From an uncultured cyanobacterium (GTDB lineage Bacteria > Cyanobacteriota > Cyanobacteriia > Cyanobacteriales > Nostocaceae), in assembly GCA_963706595.1 (NCBI GenBank), contig OY970166.1, positions 4,672,001 through 4,736,000 on the forward strand: a stretch of DNA of 64,000 nucleotides, written 5' to 3'. The translations under genes and the position numbers were made by a program. Position 1 is the stretch's first letter. The number at the start of each line of letters is the position of its first letter. Under the pieces are notes generated by a model, which did no database searches, was not told the origin of the DNA, and saw only the letters and a program-made list of their open reading frames with translations. Of this stretch, positions 1 to 9,263 are shown one piece after another.

Positions 1-402
1 CCGCAAAGCCTCTGCTATGGCTACAGACTTTCTCTTATCTCTTTTCCACAACTGGGAAAAAAATGAATTCTGATTTTTACTTTCATTCGCCCATCCCAGT
101 CCGACTAATTCACCTACAGAAATCGGGAAACTGCGGTCAAAGATGAAATTTTGGGGCATATAACCCAATCGATGACGCAAATTTCCCAATTTGGTAATTG
201 GGCGACCAAAAATTTCAATCTTACCAGCACTGTGAGGAATTAAATTTAAAATTGCCTTTACCAAAGTACTTTTACCAGCACCATTGGGACCAACAATAGC
301 TGTATCTGTTCCTGGTAGCAATTCAAAGGCTACATCTCGCACAGCTAAATAACTGCCTTGATATACATTTAATCCTTCGACTTTTAAAATGGGAGATGTC
401 AT
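1..402 (-). CDS. znuC: Metal (Zn/Mn) ABC transporter ATP-binding subunit, partial (runs off window start)
   Basis: Manual translation from ATG at 402 gives MTSPILKVEGLNVYQGSYLAVRDVAFELLPGTDTAIVGPNGAGKST (Walker A). Lies directly downstream of the metal-binding lipoprotein gene. Confidence 0.8.
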   Translation of the reverse strand, partial: MTSPILKVEGLNVYQGSYLAVRDVAFELLPGTDTAIVGPNGAGKSTLVKAILNLIPHSAGKIEIFGRPITKLGNLRHRLGYMPQNFIFDRSFPISVGELVGLGWANESKNQNSFFSQLWKRDKRKSVAIAEALR

Positions 403-488
403 GAGTCCTGGATTATGGGTAATTAATTATTAATTGATCATGACATCAAGACAAACGATCATCAGGTATCGCTGTCTTGGTCATTCAA

Positions 489-1517
489 TTATTTACACCC
501 AGCCTCCAGAGTTTGCAAGTTAGTTTTCATTGCCTGAAAGTAATACTGTGGATTTCTGTCATCAGAAGTTTCTAAAGGGTCTAAGTTACGCACAGTTAGA
601 TTCAAATCTTGGGCAAGACTGGTTAATAATTTATTATCTACCCCTGCTTCACTAAATAAAGCTTTAGCGTTATACTTTTTCACAGCCTTGACAGCTTTCT
701 GCACATCTGCTGGCGAAAGTTGGTCTTCAGGAAGTTGCACCACCGCCACTTGTTTGAGATTATAACGTTGAGCTAAATATGGAAAAGCATCATGGAAGGT
801 GATAAAGGTGCAGTTAGGAGTTTTCTGCAAAGTTTGCTGAAATTCTTGATCTAAATTGTTTAATTCTTGAATATAAGCCGCAGCATTAGCTTCATAAGTA
901 GCTTTGTTAGCAGGATCAGCCGCAATTAATCCATCCCGAATATTTGTTACCTGCTGTTTTGCTAATACTGGATCTAACCAAACGTGAGGATTTCCCTCAG
1001 CATGATCATGGCTATGTCCGTGGCTATGTCCATGTTCTGTTACTGTTTCATCAACCGGGGAAATTTCATCTAAGGTTTTAATCCCTTTACTGGCATCAAT
1101 TTGAACCAAGTTAGGATTTTCGGCATTTTTTACAGTATTGTCGAGAAATTCCTCTATTCCCAAACCATTCTTTACTAAAATACTGGCTGTAGAAATCGCT
1201 TTAACATTATCCGGTGTTGATTGGTAATCATGCACCTCCGTAGTTGGTGGCACGAGAATTGATACATCTGCTGCATCTCCAGCTACAGCCTTAGTAAACA
1301 AATAAGTTGGCAAAATTGTGGCTACAACTTTAACTTTTTCCGAGGTGGCTGGAATCGCTGCTGTTTCTTGTGCTGGGGATGTCTGTTCTGAAGTTTCTCC
1401 GACATCTGGATTTGATTGGTTACAGCCAACAGCAGCTGACAACGTGAATATAGCCATTAAAAGCAGAGGTATCCTGCTTTTTTGGTCTTTTTTAGGTTCT
1501 AAGCGAGTCCAAAACAT
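489..1517 (-). CDS. znuA: Metal ABC transporter substrate-binding lipoprotein, ZnuA/cluster A-I
   Basis: Lipobox AVGC, EVHDY motif, His-rich loop HGHSHGHSHDH, NPHVWLDP and TFHDAFPY. Confidence 0.88.
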   Translation of the reverse strand: MFWTRLEPKKDQKSRIPLLLMAIFTLSAAVGCNQSNPDVGETSEQTSPAQETAAIPATSEKVKVVATILPTYLFTKAVAGDAADVSILVPPTTEVHDYQSTPDNVKAISTASILVKNGLGIEEFLDNTVKNAENPNLVQIDASKGIKTLDEISPVDETVTEHGHSHGHSHDHAEGNPHVWLDPVLAKQQVTNIRDGLIAADPANKATYEANAAAYIQELNNLDQEFQQTLQKTPNCTFITFHDAFPYLAQRYNLKQVAVVQLPEDQLSPADVQKAVKAVKKYNAKALFSEAGVDNKLLTSLAQDLNLTVRNLDPLETSDDRNPQYYFQAMKTNLQTLEAGCK

Positions 1518-1592
1518 GGTTTTCCCCTCTTAATTAATGATTACTTTACTTTTTGGCAATTTTCTATTGAAAATCAAATTAGTCCTACATTA

Positions 1593-1611
1593 TAGAATAA
1601 GTCTCATTCTC
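1593..1611. promoter_or_regulatory. Candidate Fur-family (Zur/Fur) operator between divergent znuA and porin genes
   Basis: Imperfect palindrome AGAATAAG-T-CTCATTCT. The minus strand GAGAATGAGACTTATTCTA matches the 19-bp Fur box at 13/19 positions. Confidence 0.45.
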
Positions 1612-1843
1612 ACACAATATAGCCAAAAAAATTTCGTAATAAAAAACACAAACTGAATACTGCTTTCACAAGATACTGCGGTTGAAAATTTATCTAGTCA
1701 GCAGGGAAGATAACTTTTTGACTTGTAGTGTTAGGCAAATCCTTAAACTCCTGTTAATATTTGGAATATACATTTTTAAAGAAGGTATTGTCGAAAACGC
1801 CCGGTGTGTGTGCAATCAACCATCAATAAGTGTGAGGAAGGAA

Positions 1844-3403
1844 ATGCGAGAATTCTGGAAATATCTACTTGTTAGTCCGGTATTTGGCGGTACTTTGCTA
1901 TGTTTTAGCACTGCTGTCTATGCAGGGGAAATACCCACCACATCAGCAATAAATAGTCCAGAGATTAAAACTGAGAACCTCACAACAGGTCAGGTAATGG
2001 CGCAAATTACCTCAGTTTCTCAGTTATCCGATGTGCAACCTACTGATTGGGCTTTTCAAGCATTGCAATCTTTGGTAGAACGTTACGGTTGTATTGCAGG
2101 TTATCCAAATAGCACTTATCGCGGTAATCGGGCGTTGACTCGATATGAATTCGCGGCTGGTTTGAATGCTTGTCTGGATCGGGTGAATGAACTAATCGCT
2201 ACCGCTACTAGCGATATGGTGACACAACAAGATTTAGGCACATTACAAAGACTGCAAGAAGAATTTTCCGCAGAACTCGCAACACTACGGGGTCGCGTGG
2301 ATTCACTAGAAGCACGGACATCGGAATTGGAAGCGAATCAGTTTTCCACTACAACCAAACTGCAAGGGGAAGTCGTCGCAGTTATTAGTGATGTTGCTAG
2401 AGGTGACGTTATAGCCGGGAATACCACCCTGGGAGCGCGGACACGGATTCAATTTGTCACCAGTTTTACAGGGAGAGATACCCTGTTTACGAGAATCCAA
2501 AGTAATAATATTGTCAACCCTAGAATTGGGACAGAAGAGGGTAAATTTGCCTTTGCGGGTGAGGATGGGACTAACAATGCGGCAATAGATGCACTGTTTT
2601 ACAAATTTCCCCTGGGTGCAAACACACAGGTAATTGCGATCGCCAATAATGGTGCAGCAGATGACCTCACTAGTACAGTAAATATATTTGATGGTGATGG
2701 TAGTAGTGGGGCTTTGACTACCTTTGGGACGCGTAACCCAATTTACAACCAGATCGGTGGTGCGGGGTTGGGAATTACCCAGGAATTCGGTGATAAATTA
2801 GCACTCAGCTTAGGATATTTAACTGGCACAGCCAGTGACCCCTCACCTGGGAGTGGTTTGTTTGATGGTGCTTACGGTGCTTTGGCACAATTAACATTCA
2901 GACCAAGCGATCGCATTGCGGTAGGTTTAACTTACATTAATTCCTACAAACAGCCACTAATCAGTGGTAGCAATAACGCAACCTCAAATTTTAATGGGGA
3001 TGCCTTCTCCAGCGATTCCTACGGTATCCAAGCATCTCTTGGCATCAGTGAAAAATTGGTCTTAGGCGGTTGGGCAGGATACACCAACAGCCGCGCCTTG
3101 ACAGGCGTTCAAGGCGAGGCTGACATTTGGAATTATGCCGTTACCCTGGGTTTTCCTGACTTGGGTAAAAAGGGTAACTTAGCTGGGATTATTGCTGGTG
3201 TAGAACCTAGAGTCACAAGTTCCACCATCACAGGTGTCGATAGAGATAGAGATACTTCCTATCACCTTGAGGCTTTCTACCAGTACAGGCTGACTGACAA
3301 TATTACTGTTACCCCTGCTGTTATCTGGTTGACATCTCCGGATCATAACAGTGACAACCGTGATGTTGTGATTGGTGCGCTCAGAACTAGATTTAGTTTC
3401 TAG
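1844..3403 (+). CDS. Cyanobacterial outer-membrane porin (SLH domain + OprB-like barrel)
   Basis: SLH motif SDVQPTDWAFQALQSLVERYGC, coiled coil, C-terminal F. ATG at 1844 follows GAGGAAGG, so it is preferred over the ORF-track start 1682. Confidence 0.9.
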   Translation: MREFWKYLLVSPVFGGTLLCFSTAVYAGEIPTTSAINSPEIKTENLTTGQVMAQITSVSQLSDVQPTDWAFQALQSLVERYGCIAGYPNSTYRGNRALTRYEFAAGLNACLDRVNELIATATSDMVTQQDLGTLQRLQEEFSAELATLRGRVDSLEARTSELEANQFSTTTKLQGEVVAVISDVARGDVIAGNTTLGARTRIQFVTSFTGRDTLFTRIQSNNIVNPRIGTEEGKFAFAGEDGTNNAAIDALFYKFPLGANTQVIAIANNGAADDLTSTVNIFDGDGSSGALTTFGTRNPIYNQIGGAGLGITQEFGDKLALSLGYLTGTASDPSPGSGLFDGAYGALAQLTFRPSDRIAVGLTYINSYKQPLISGSNNATSNFNGDAFSSDSYGIQASLGISEKLVLGGWAGYTNSRALTGVQGEADIWNYAVTLGFPDLGKKGNLAGIIAGVEPRVTSSTITGVDRDRDTSYHLEAFYQYRLTDNITVTPAVIWLTSPDHNSDNRDVVIGALRTRFSF

Positions 3404-3436
3404 ATAAGTAGCTCAAACTTAAAAAACGTAATACCC

Positions 3437-3469
3437 AGATCCCCGACTTCTTTGAGAAGTCGGGGATCT
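3437..3469. terminator. Perfect 15-bp inverted repeat (terminator or REP-like dispersed palindrome) after the porin gene
   Basis: AGATCCCCGACTTCT-ttg-AGAAGTCGGGGATCT. Confidence 0.65.
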
Positions 3470-3508
3470 ATAATCTTCAAGGTTTTATGTTTAGTTTTTA
3501 GATGAAAC

Positions 3509-3613
3509 AAAAAAGACCAGCATTGCACAGACTGGCCTAAAATATGTTTTTCCGCGTTGTCTTCTCATAGAGTTAAAACCAAATTGCGCGTTCCCAAAAT
3601 CAACGGGCAACCT
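3509..3613 (-). ncRNA. nsrR1: Probable small RNA, NsrR1-like (nitrogen-stress-repressed RNA)
   Basis: About 105-nt minus-strand unit GGTTGCCCGTTG...GAGAAGACAACGC... ending in a GGCCAG/CTGGTC hairpin plus U-run. It is preceded by a -10-like TATTGT and an NtcA-like site. The NsrR1 identity is from memory, not from a search. Confidence 0.55.
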
Positions 3614-3627
3614 TTCTTAACAATATT

Positions 3628-3641
3628 GTAACAGTCAACAC
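3628..3641. promoter_or_regulatory. NtcA-like box overlapping the sRNA promoter (repressor position)
   Basis: GTA-ACAGTCAA-CAC, one mismatch from GTA-N8-TAC, centred about 21 nt upstream of the inferred start. Confidence 0.5.
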
Positions 3642-3779
3642 AGTTTTTTTATAAAAATAAATCAAAAAAAGATATCCCCGTAGGAAACCAGCCTCTATCT
3701 TTGAGAATAAATTTTAACTACCGTGAGGTATAGCCCGGAGGCTGAGGAAAAGTTTTGACTTCCGAATCACCAATGAATT

Positions 3780-3906
3780 AGGAATTACGCAAAAACTCTC
3801 TTAAATCCTCTTTCCTCGGTGTACTCTGTGCCTCTGTGGTATGCGCTACGCGTTAGCGGAGCTTTCGCGTTAGCGATACGTTTTCCCATAAATTTGCGTA
3901 AGTCCT
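3780..3906. mobile_element. MITE-like element with 14-bp terminal inverted repeats and nested short repeats
   Basis: AGGAATTACGCAAA ... TTTGCGTAAGTCCT (1 mismatch); internal CGCGTTAGCG occurs twice. Confidence 0.65.
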
Positions 3907-3927
3907 GTAAATCAGGAATAAAAAACT

Positions 3928-4000
3928 AACCTCACCCCCAGCCCCTCTCCTTAGCAAGGAGAGGGGAGACTTTGACACAAATTCTTAGGCGGAGTGAGGT
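3928..4000. repeat. Dispersed hairpin repeat CCCCTCTCCTT-NNN-AAGGAGAGGGG
   Basis: Near-identical copy at about 14583-14622. Confidence 0.7.
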
Positions 4001-4031
4001 AAAAACCCAGATGTGAATCTGATTTAAATTC

Positions 4032-4155
4032 CTAATGACTAATGACTAATGACTAATGACTAATGACTAATGACTAATGACTAATGACTAATGACTAATG
4101 ACTAATGACTAATGACTAATGACTAATGACTAATGACTAATGACTAATGACTAAT
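4032..4155. repeat. STRR heptamer array (CTAATGA)x~17
   Basis: Perfect tandem heptamers; the array supplies the last codons and stop of the rqcH-like gene. Confidence 0.95.
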
Positions 4156-5864
4156 TGCGGCTGTCCCCAGAGGATGCGCTCTTGCTTGTAAATGGCAATA
4201 CCTGGCTTGGCTCCTTTGGGTTTGTAAACGTGCTTGGGCTGAGTATAAACGACTGGTACTTGCTCACTCTGACGCGCACGACTGTAGTAGGCGGCGAGAT
4301 TAGCTACAAATTGTAAATCTGCTGCTTCTGGAACTGTACCCGGTTCTAAACGCAGTAACAGATGACTTCCCGGAATTTCTTGAGCGTGGAACCACAAATC
4401 ATAATCTCCAGCTACGCGAAAGCTCAATTGATCATTTTGGCGATTGTTCCGACCGATTAAGACTTCAAAATTGTTAGGGGTGCGGTAACGATGAAAGTTT
4501 GTAGCGGCTGTTTCGCTGGTACTGCGGCTGCGATATCCGGGATCTTCTAAATATTTTTGTCCAATTAACTCGTCGCGGATTTCTTCTAAAGCCTGTAAAT
4601 CTGCTGCTGTTTGGTAGTTTTCTATCTGCGTTATCGCAGCTTCTACTTGTTCTAAATAGCTAATATCTGATTGTACATCCAAAAGTAACGGTTCCACAGC
4701 CGCACGAGCGCGTTTGAGTTTTTGGTGCTGTTTATAAAGGCGTTGGGCATTTTGAACGGCGTTTTTATCTGGTTGGAGAGCGATCGCAATGGGCTGATCT
4801 GTCTCAAAATCAGGTAGGATAATTTCTTTCATCCCTGGTTGCCATTTTTGCAGGTTAGACATCAACAAATCAGCTTTGGCTCGGTATTCATCCGCTTGAT
4901 CTGATTGCCGCAAGCGTTCCGAAAAAGTTTGTCCTTTATTGCGTAATTTTACTAAAACATTATGTAATTTCTGGTTTAATTGATGCCGTAACTGAGCAAA
5001 TACTTGCTGATTTGATTGGTCAGTGTAGTACCTATTCAGTAAGGTTTGGATGTCTTTTTCTGGTGCAACTGCGCCCCAACCCATGACGGTATAACCATTT
5101 GCTGTCCAAGCTGGTTGAAATTTACTTAACTCCAATGCTTGTAGCCATTCTTGCCAACGGGTAAATAGTCTTTGCCAGTCTTCAGCTTTGAGCTGATCGG
5201 TGGTTGTGTCTGGGGCTAAATCTGCTGCAATTACCATAGATTCTACCAGTGCCGAACTCAAGCCGCTATAACTTTTTAATAACTGACGCTTGATTGCTCC
5301 TGGGACTAAGCTTACCCGTTCTTGCCAGCGTTCTGGGGTTTCACTCAAACTGGGAACAGGTCCAGTTAATTTTGGTGGGGTTTCATAAGACTGTCCGGTT
5401 TGGATGGGACGGACGCTAGACTGATGCTGACCAACTTGATGGGCAGCTGTAATAATCATTTTGCTGGCATCGGTGAGGATAGCGTTACTATATTTGCCCA
5501 TCACTTCCACGTATATGTGGTATAATGCCTCTTCTCCAGGACGACGGGCAAATTGCAAGTCCACAACCCGCTCCCAAGGGGCGATCGCTTGAATGTCCAC
5601 CAAGGCCAAACCACCCAATTGGTGTACTAATTGCTGGCTGAAGGTGAAGGTATCTGGTAATCGTGGTGGTGGTTCACCTACACAAATCCGCGCCGCTTGG
5701 GGATGCCAAGAAATCTCTAGCCAATCCCTTTGTTTAAGGGTGCGTAATGCTACCGCAATAGTATAGCGATCGCGCTGATAAACTTGTTCTAATCGAGATG
5801 GCAGCCAGTGAGCGCGTAGTTCGCTACAAGAAGCTGTGAGAGTAGTATAGTCAACTGGTTGCAC
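4137..5864 (-). CDS. rqcH: NFACT/Rqc2 family ribosome quality control protein (FbpA-like)
   Basis: EVMGKYSNAIL, AVQNAQRLYKQHQKLKRA, GRNNRQND, WFHAQEIPGSH and YKPKGAKPG motifs. Confidence 0.88.
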   Translation of the reverse strand: MQPVDYTTLTASCSELRAHWLPSRLEQVYQRDRYTIAVALRTLKQRDWLEISWHPQAARICVGEPPPRLPDTFTFSQQLVHQLGGLALVDIQAIAPWERVVDLQFARRPGEEALYHIYVEVMGKYSNAILTDASKMIITAAHQVGQHQSSVRPIQTGQSYETPPKLTGPVPSLSETPERWQERVSLVPGAIKRQLLKSYSGLSSALVESMVIAADLAPDTTTDQLKAEDWQRLFTRWQEWLQALELSKFQPAWTANGYTVMGWGAVAPEKDIQTLLNRYYTDQSNQQVFAQLRHQLNQKLHNVLVKLRNKGQTFSERLRQSDQADEYRAKADLLMSNLQKWQPGMKEIILPDFETDQPIAIALQPDKNAVQNAQRLYKQHQKLKRARAAVEPLLLDVQSDISYLEQVEAAITQIENYQTAADLQALEEIRDELIGQKYLEDPGYRSRSTSETAATNFHRYRTPNNFEVLIGRNNRQNDQLSFRVAGDYDLWFHAQEIPGSHLLLRLEPGTVPEAADLQFVANLAAYYSRARQSEQVPVVYTQPKHVYKPKGAKPGIAIYKQERILWGQPQLVISH

Positions 5865-5936
5865 AAGAGTTAATTTTACGTATTACTGACCAATAGTTCT
5901 TTAATAGTACAAGCCCTCTGATTTATCAGTGGAATC

Positions 5937-5974
5937 AATCCAAAATCCAAAATCCAAAATCCAAAATCTAAAAT
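5937..5974. repeat. STRR (AATCCAA)n
   Basis: About 5 tandem heptamers at the spsB stop. Confidence 0.85.
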
Positions 5975-7239
5975 TGTTTGGCTAATGCTGGTTCTTTTAC
6001 CGATTGCTGCAAAATTTGGGTGTAAAGTTCACCTAGCTGAGTGGCGACACCATCCCAACTAAACTTACTTTCTACGCGTTTTCTGCCAGCTTGACCTAAT
6101 TCTTCTCCCCATTGTGGATTTAATAAAATGCGGTCAATCGCAGCTGCAAAGGCGGCTACATCTTGGGGTGGAGCTAACAAACCTGTGACTTCGGGAACTA
6201 CAGTAAATTGAAGTCCACCAACATCACTGGCGACGACAGGTGTACCACAGGACATGGCTTCAATGGCCACGAGTCCAAAGGGTTCATAGTGACTGGGAAC
6301 GACGCAAACATCAGCCGCAGCGTAATAAGTGGGCAGTATTTCCTGACTGAGGCGACCGGGGAGGATGGTAAATTCACTCATACCTAATTCGTTGATGATA
6401 TTCTGGATGCGATCGCGTTCAATACCGTCACTATTACCGGGGGTGCTACCACCACCAATAATTAATTTTAGGTTGCGATCGCCACGTAACTGAGATTCGT
6501 TGACGGCGCGGACTAAAGTTTCTATGCCTTTGCGTGGATCAAAACGTCCTACATACAATACAAGTTTAGTTTCTGGAGCAATTCCTAATTCTAACCTAGC
6601 TGCTTGGCGCTCAACAGAACCAAATCGGCGAATATCTGTACCGCAGGGAATAATCTCAATATTACCTTGAGTAGAAACAAGCGATCGCATATGTTGCTGT
6701 TCCTGGGGACTTGTGGCAACAATGCATTCTGCCGTTTCCAATACCTCTTTTTCCACTGCTAATCGCTGACTAGCAATCAGAGGAATTGTTTCTATTGTAT
6801 TATACTTAACCGCTCCTAAAGAATGGTAGGTATGAACCTGCTGAGTACCTTGAATTTTTTTCAGTTGCATCCCTATCCAGCTAGAGTGCCAGTAGTTTGT
6901 GTGAACTAACTGATACGTGATCTGATTCTCTGCTTGGAATTGGAGGAAATTAGCCAAAAATTCCGGCATATAGTCCAAAAGTTGATCTCGTGGCACAAAT
7001 TCTACAGGGCCTGCTGCTAGACGAATATTGCGACAATTTTGGCTAATTTGAACAATTGTCTCTTGCTCTATACTCACTTTGCGGGTAAACGTATCAACTT
7101 GCCATCCTAGCTGTGCTAGTGCTTCACCCACATTACGCACATAAACATTTTGTCCACCAGCTTCTTCCTTACCAATTTCAATCGCCGGATCTCCATGAAC
7201 AGAAATTAAGGCAATACGTTTGTCGGTAGTAGCGTTCAT
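5968..7239 (-). CDS. spsB: GT4 glycosyltransferase, minimal sucrose-phosphate synthase (SpsB-like)
   Basis: ALISVHGDP...EEAGGQNVYV, HTNYWHS, GRFDPRKG and YEPFGLVAIEAM motifs. Confidence 0.7.
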   Translation of the reverse strand: MNATTDKRIALISVHGDPAIEIGKEEAGGQNVYVRNVGEALAQLGWQVDTFTRKVSIEQETIVQISQNCRNIRLAAGPVEFVPRDQLLDYMPEFLANFLQFQAENQITYQLVHTNYWHSSWIGMQLKKIQGTQQVHTYHSLGAVKYNTIETIPLIASQRLAVEKEVLETAECIVATSPQEQQHMRSLVSTQGNIEIIPCGTDIRRFGSVERQAARLELGIAPETKLVLYVGRFDPRKGIETLVRAVNESQLRGDRNLKLIIGGGSTPGNSDGIERDRIQNIINELGMSEFTILPGRLSQEILPTYYAAADVCVVPSHYEPFGLVAIEAMSCGTPVVASDVGGLQFTVVPEVTGLLAPPQDVAAFAAAIDRILLNPQWGEELGQAGRKRVESKFSWDGVATQLGELYTQILQQSVKEPALAKQF

Positions 7240-7475
7240 AGTTTGTGTGTTGCTAATTCTAGGAATATATCGTCAAAGTTTCGCCGCGCAAACTTAACTA
7301 AACTATGGAGGAACTTTGAGTAAAATTTATTTTAATTTAATTATGTCAAACATTTTCATCTGCTAGCTTCCCGGTCTATAGTTATTTACACAGTAATTTT
7401 CTGGAACTTCTTTATACATAAATAACTATATTTATATCTAATGCTTTTGATAGATAAACTTCGATTTCACGGTCA

Positions 7476-7513
7476 TAAAAACAACCCACCCCAAAGACTG
7501 GCTCGGAGGTGGT
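7476..7513 (-). terminator. Rho-independent terminator-like hairpin on the minus strand
   Basis: Minus strand reads CCACCTC-loop-GGGGTGG-GTTGTTTTT. Confidence 0.5.
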
Positions 7514-7665
7514 AACTAAGATATGGCGATAATAACTGTGAAAAATTAACCAAAACTGGCGATCGCACTGACAACATTGGCAAAATCACCATTTCAACAA
7601 GGTACTATGGGGAAGTGACACACTCCACACACTGACCTGAGTACAACAGGTACAGTGTGGGCTTC

Positions 7666-8859
7666 TCAACCAATCCGGCTATTGCTTAGGAGGCGTTGAG
7701 CTTTAAGAACCGCGTGACCGTCGGCTCTATTCTTTATATTGATTGCTGCATTGTGGTCACGGTCAAGACTGCATCCACAATTAAGGCAGTCATGCCAGCG
7801 TTCGTGCAGCTTTTTAGGAACTTTCACCCCACAACTAGAACAATCTTGTGATGTACCTGATGGATTCACTGCGATTACCAATAACCCAGCATTTACGGCT
7901 TTGGTTGTCAATATGGACAGGAAGCTTGACCATCCAGCGTCATGTACAGATTTGGCTAGCATGGAAAGAGAAAGACCTTTAACGTTTAAATCTTCATGAA
8001 CTACAACGTCATATTTTTTCAGGAGATTGTTCGCTATTTTCAAGTGAAAGTCTTTACGTTTATCAGCTACTTTTTTGTGCTGCTTGGCGACTTGCTGAAT
8101 AGCTTTTTTACGCCGATTACTTCCTTTTTTCCGGCGTGAGATCCGTTTTTGAATGACCCGTAATCGCTTTTGAGATTTACGGTAATGCTGAGGGATCGGG
8201 ACAACATTACCCTCGGAAGTTGTCAAAAAGTCTTTTAAACCCAGGTCGATACCAGTTATAGAATCTGGATTGAAATCAGGTTTAATTGTGGGAACTGTCG
8301 CATCTTCAAGGCTTAAACTCAAATAATAACCATCAGCTTTTTTTGTTACTGATGCGGTTTTAATTTTAAATCCGTCAGGTATTGGGCGGTGCAAAATCAC
8401 CTTGACCATACCAAACATCGGCAAAGTGATCAGACTGCCTTGTAAACACCCATCTTTTATCTGTGGATATGTAAACGTGCGGTAACGTTCACGAGATTTA
8501 AAGCGAGGTCGCCCACTTCGTTTTCCATTGCTATCACCTTTTAAAAAACGGTCAAATGTCACCTTCACTCGTTTAACTATGTCCTGTAATACCTGCGAGT
8601 AAATTTCGCCGTACCAAGGATGAGTTTTTTTAAGCTGTGGTAGCGTTTTCTTTTGTGAATAATAGTCTGGGTTATCCCTTAATTCTGGTATATGGCAGAC
8701 CAGAGGACAAGCGTTAATCGGTGAACGATTGCGCTCATACCAATCAAATCTATCAGCCAACAGATAGTTGTACTGTGAACACAGCATAGCCAACCATCTG
8801 TCTATTTCAATGGCTTGCTTTGTTGTTGGTCGTAGCTTATATTGGTACGCTGTCCTCAC
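7666..8859 (-). CDS. tnpB: TnpB RNA-guided endonuclease
   Basis: N-terminal YQYKLRPT, RuvC-I GIDLGL, Ruv[11 protein letters not shown], zinc finger CSSC/CLNC, Ruv[14 protein letters not shown]. Confidence 0.95.
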   Translation of the reverse strand: MRTAYQYKLRPTTKQAIEIDRWLAMLCSQYNYLLADRFDWYERNRSPINACPLVCHIPELRDNPDYYSQKKTLPQLKKTHPWYGEIYSQVLQDIVKRVKVTFDRFLKGDSNGKRSGRPRFKSRERYRTFTYPQIKDGCLQGSLITLPMFGMVKVILHRPIPDGFKIKTASVTKKADGYYLSLSLEDATVPTIKPDFNPDSITGIDLGLKDFLTTSEGNVVPIPQHYRKSQKRLRVIQKRISRRKKGSNRRKKAIQQVAKQHKKVADKRKDFHLKIANNLLKKYDVVVHEDLNVKGLSLSMLAKSVHDAGWSSFLSILTTKAVNAGLLVIAVNPSGTSQDCSSCGVKVPKKLHERWHDCLNCGCSLDRDHNAAINIKNRADGHAVLKAQRLLSNSRIG

Positions 8860-8920
8860 TTATCTACCCTCAACTATAAGACTATGATACGATAACAGTG
8901 ACAACAACGGGTAGACAATT

Positions 8921-9124
8921 ATGAAAACTACTAGATTAAATGTCAGAATGTCTGAGCGCAGATTGAACAAACTTCGCTCTTATGCTGTAACGAAAGATAA
9001 AACAGTCACGCAGATAGTAGAAGACTGGGTTGACAGATTACCAAATACACTTGTGTTGAGCGAAGTGGAAACAGAGATCGTTAAAAATAATGCTGACCCC
9101 CTTCCTGTCAATCCTCCGGATTGA
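8921..9124 (+). CDS. Small ribbon-helix-helix (CopG/Arc-like) DNA-binding protein inside the IS
   Basis: Alternating beta strand TRLNVRM followed by two helices (ERRLNKLRSYAVTKDKTVTQIVEDWVDRLP). Confidence 0.7.
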   Translation: MKTTRLNVRMSERRLNKLRSYAVTKDKTVTQIVEDWVDRLPNTLVLSEVETEIVKNNADPLPVNPPD

Positions 9125-9263
9125 ATTGGGCGGAGGTCGCGTTATTTTTAATCGCCTTATATCTCACCACTAAACGGAATACCGTTTTAGTGGGAGGCTT
9201 ACGGCGAAATAGCTAAAACCTAAAAACCGCAATTTTTAAGTTTTAATTCCTATCCCCATAGAC

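Larger units (their letters stand above)
7615..9212 (-). mobile_element. IS200/IS605-family non-autonomous element (tnpB + divergent RHH gene, no tnpA)
   Basis: Right-end hairpin at 7625-7662, with the end at TCAC (minus strand, 7618-7615). Left-end hairpin at 9152-9207 lies next to TTAG (minus strand, 9216-9213). Exact ends are inferred. Confidence 0.7.

Noticed and set aside
3491..3568. 25-aa minus-strand ORF (MRRQRGKTYF...) inside the sRNA candidate
   Set aside because: It runs through the terminator and has no RBS; the sRNA reading fits better.
4032..4155. Possible CRISPR array (also considered for the other heptamer arrays and the 42-bp repeat at 46119-46336)
   Set aside because: The repeats are contiguous with no unique spacers, and there are no cas genes in the window.
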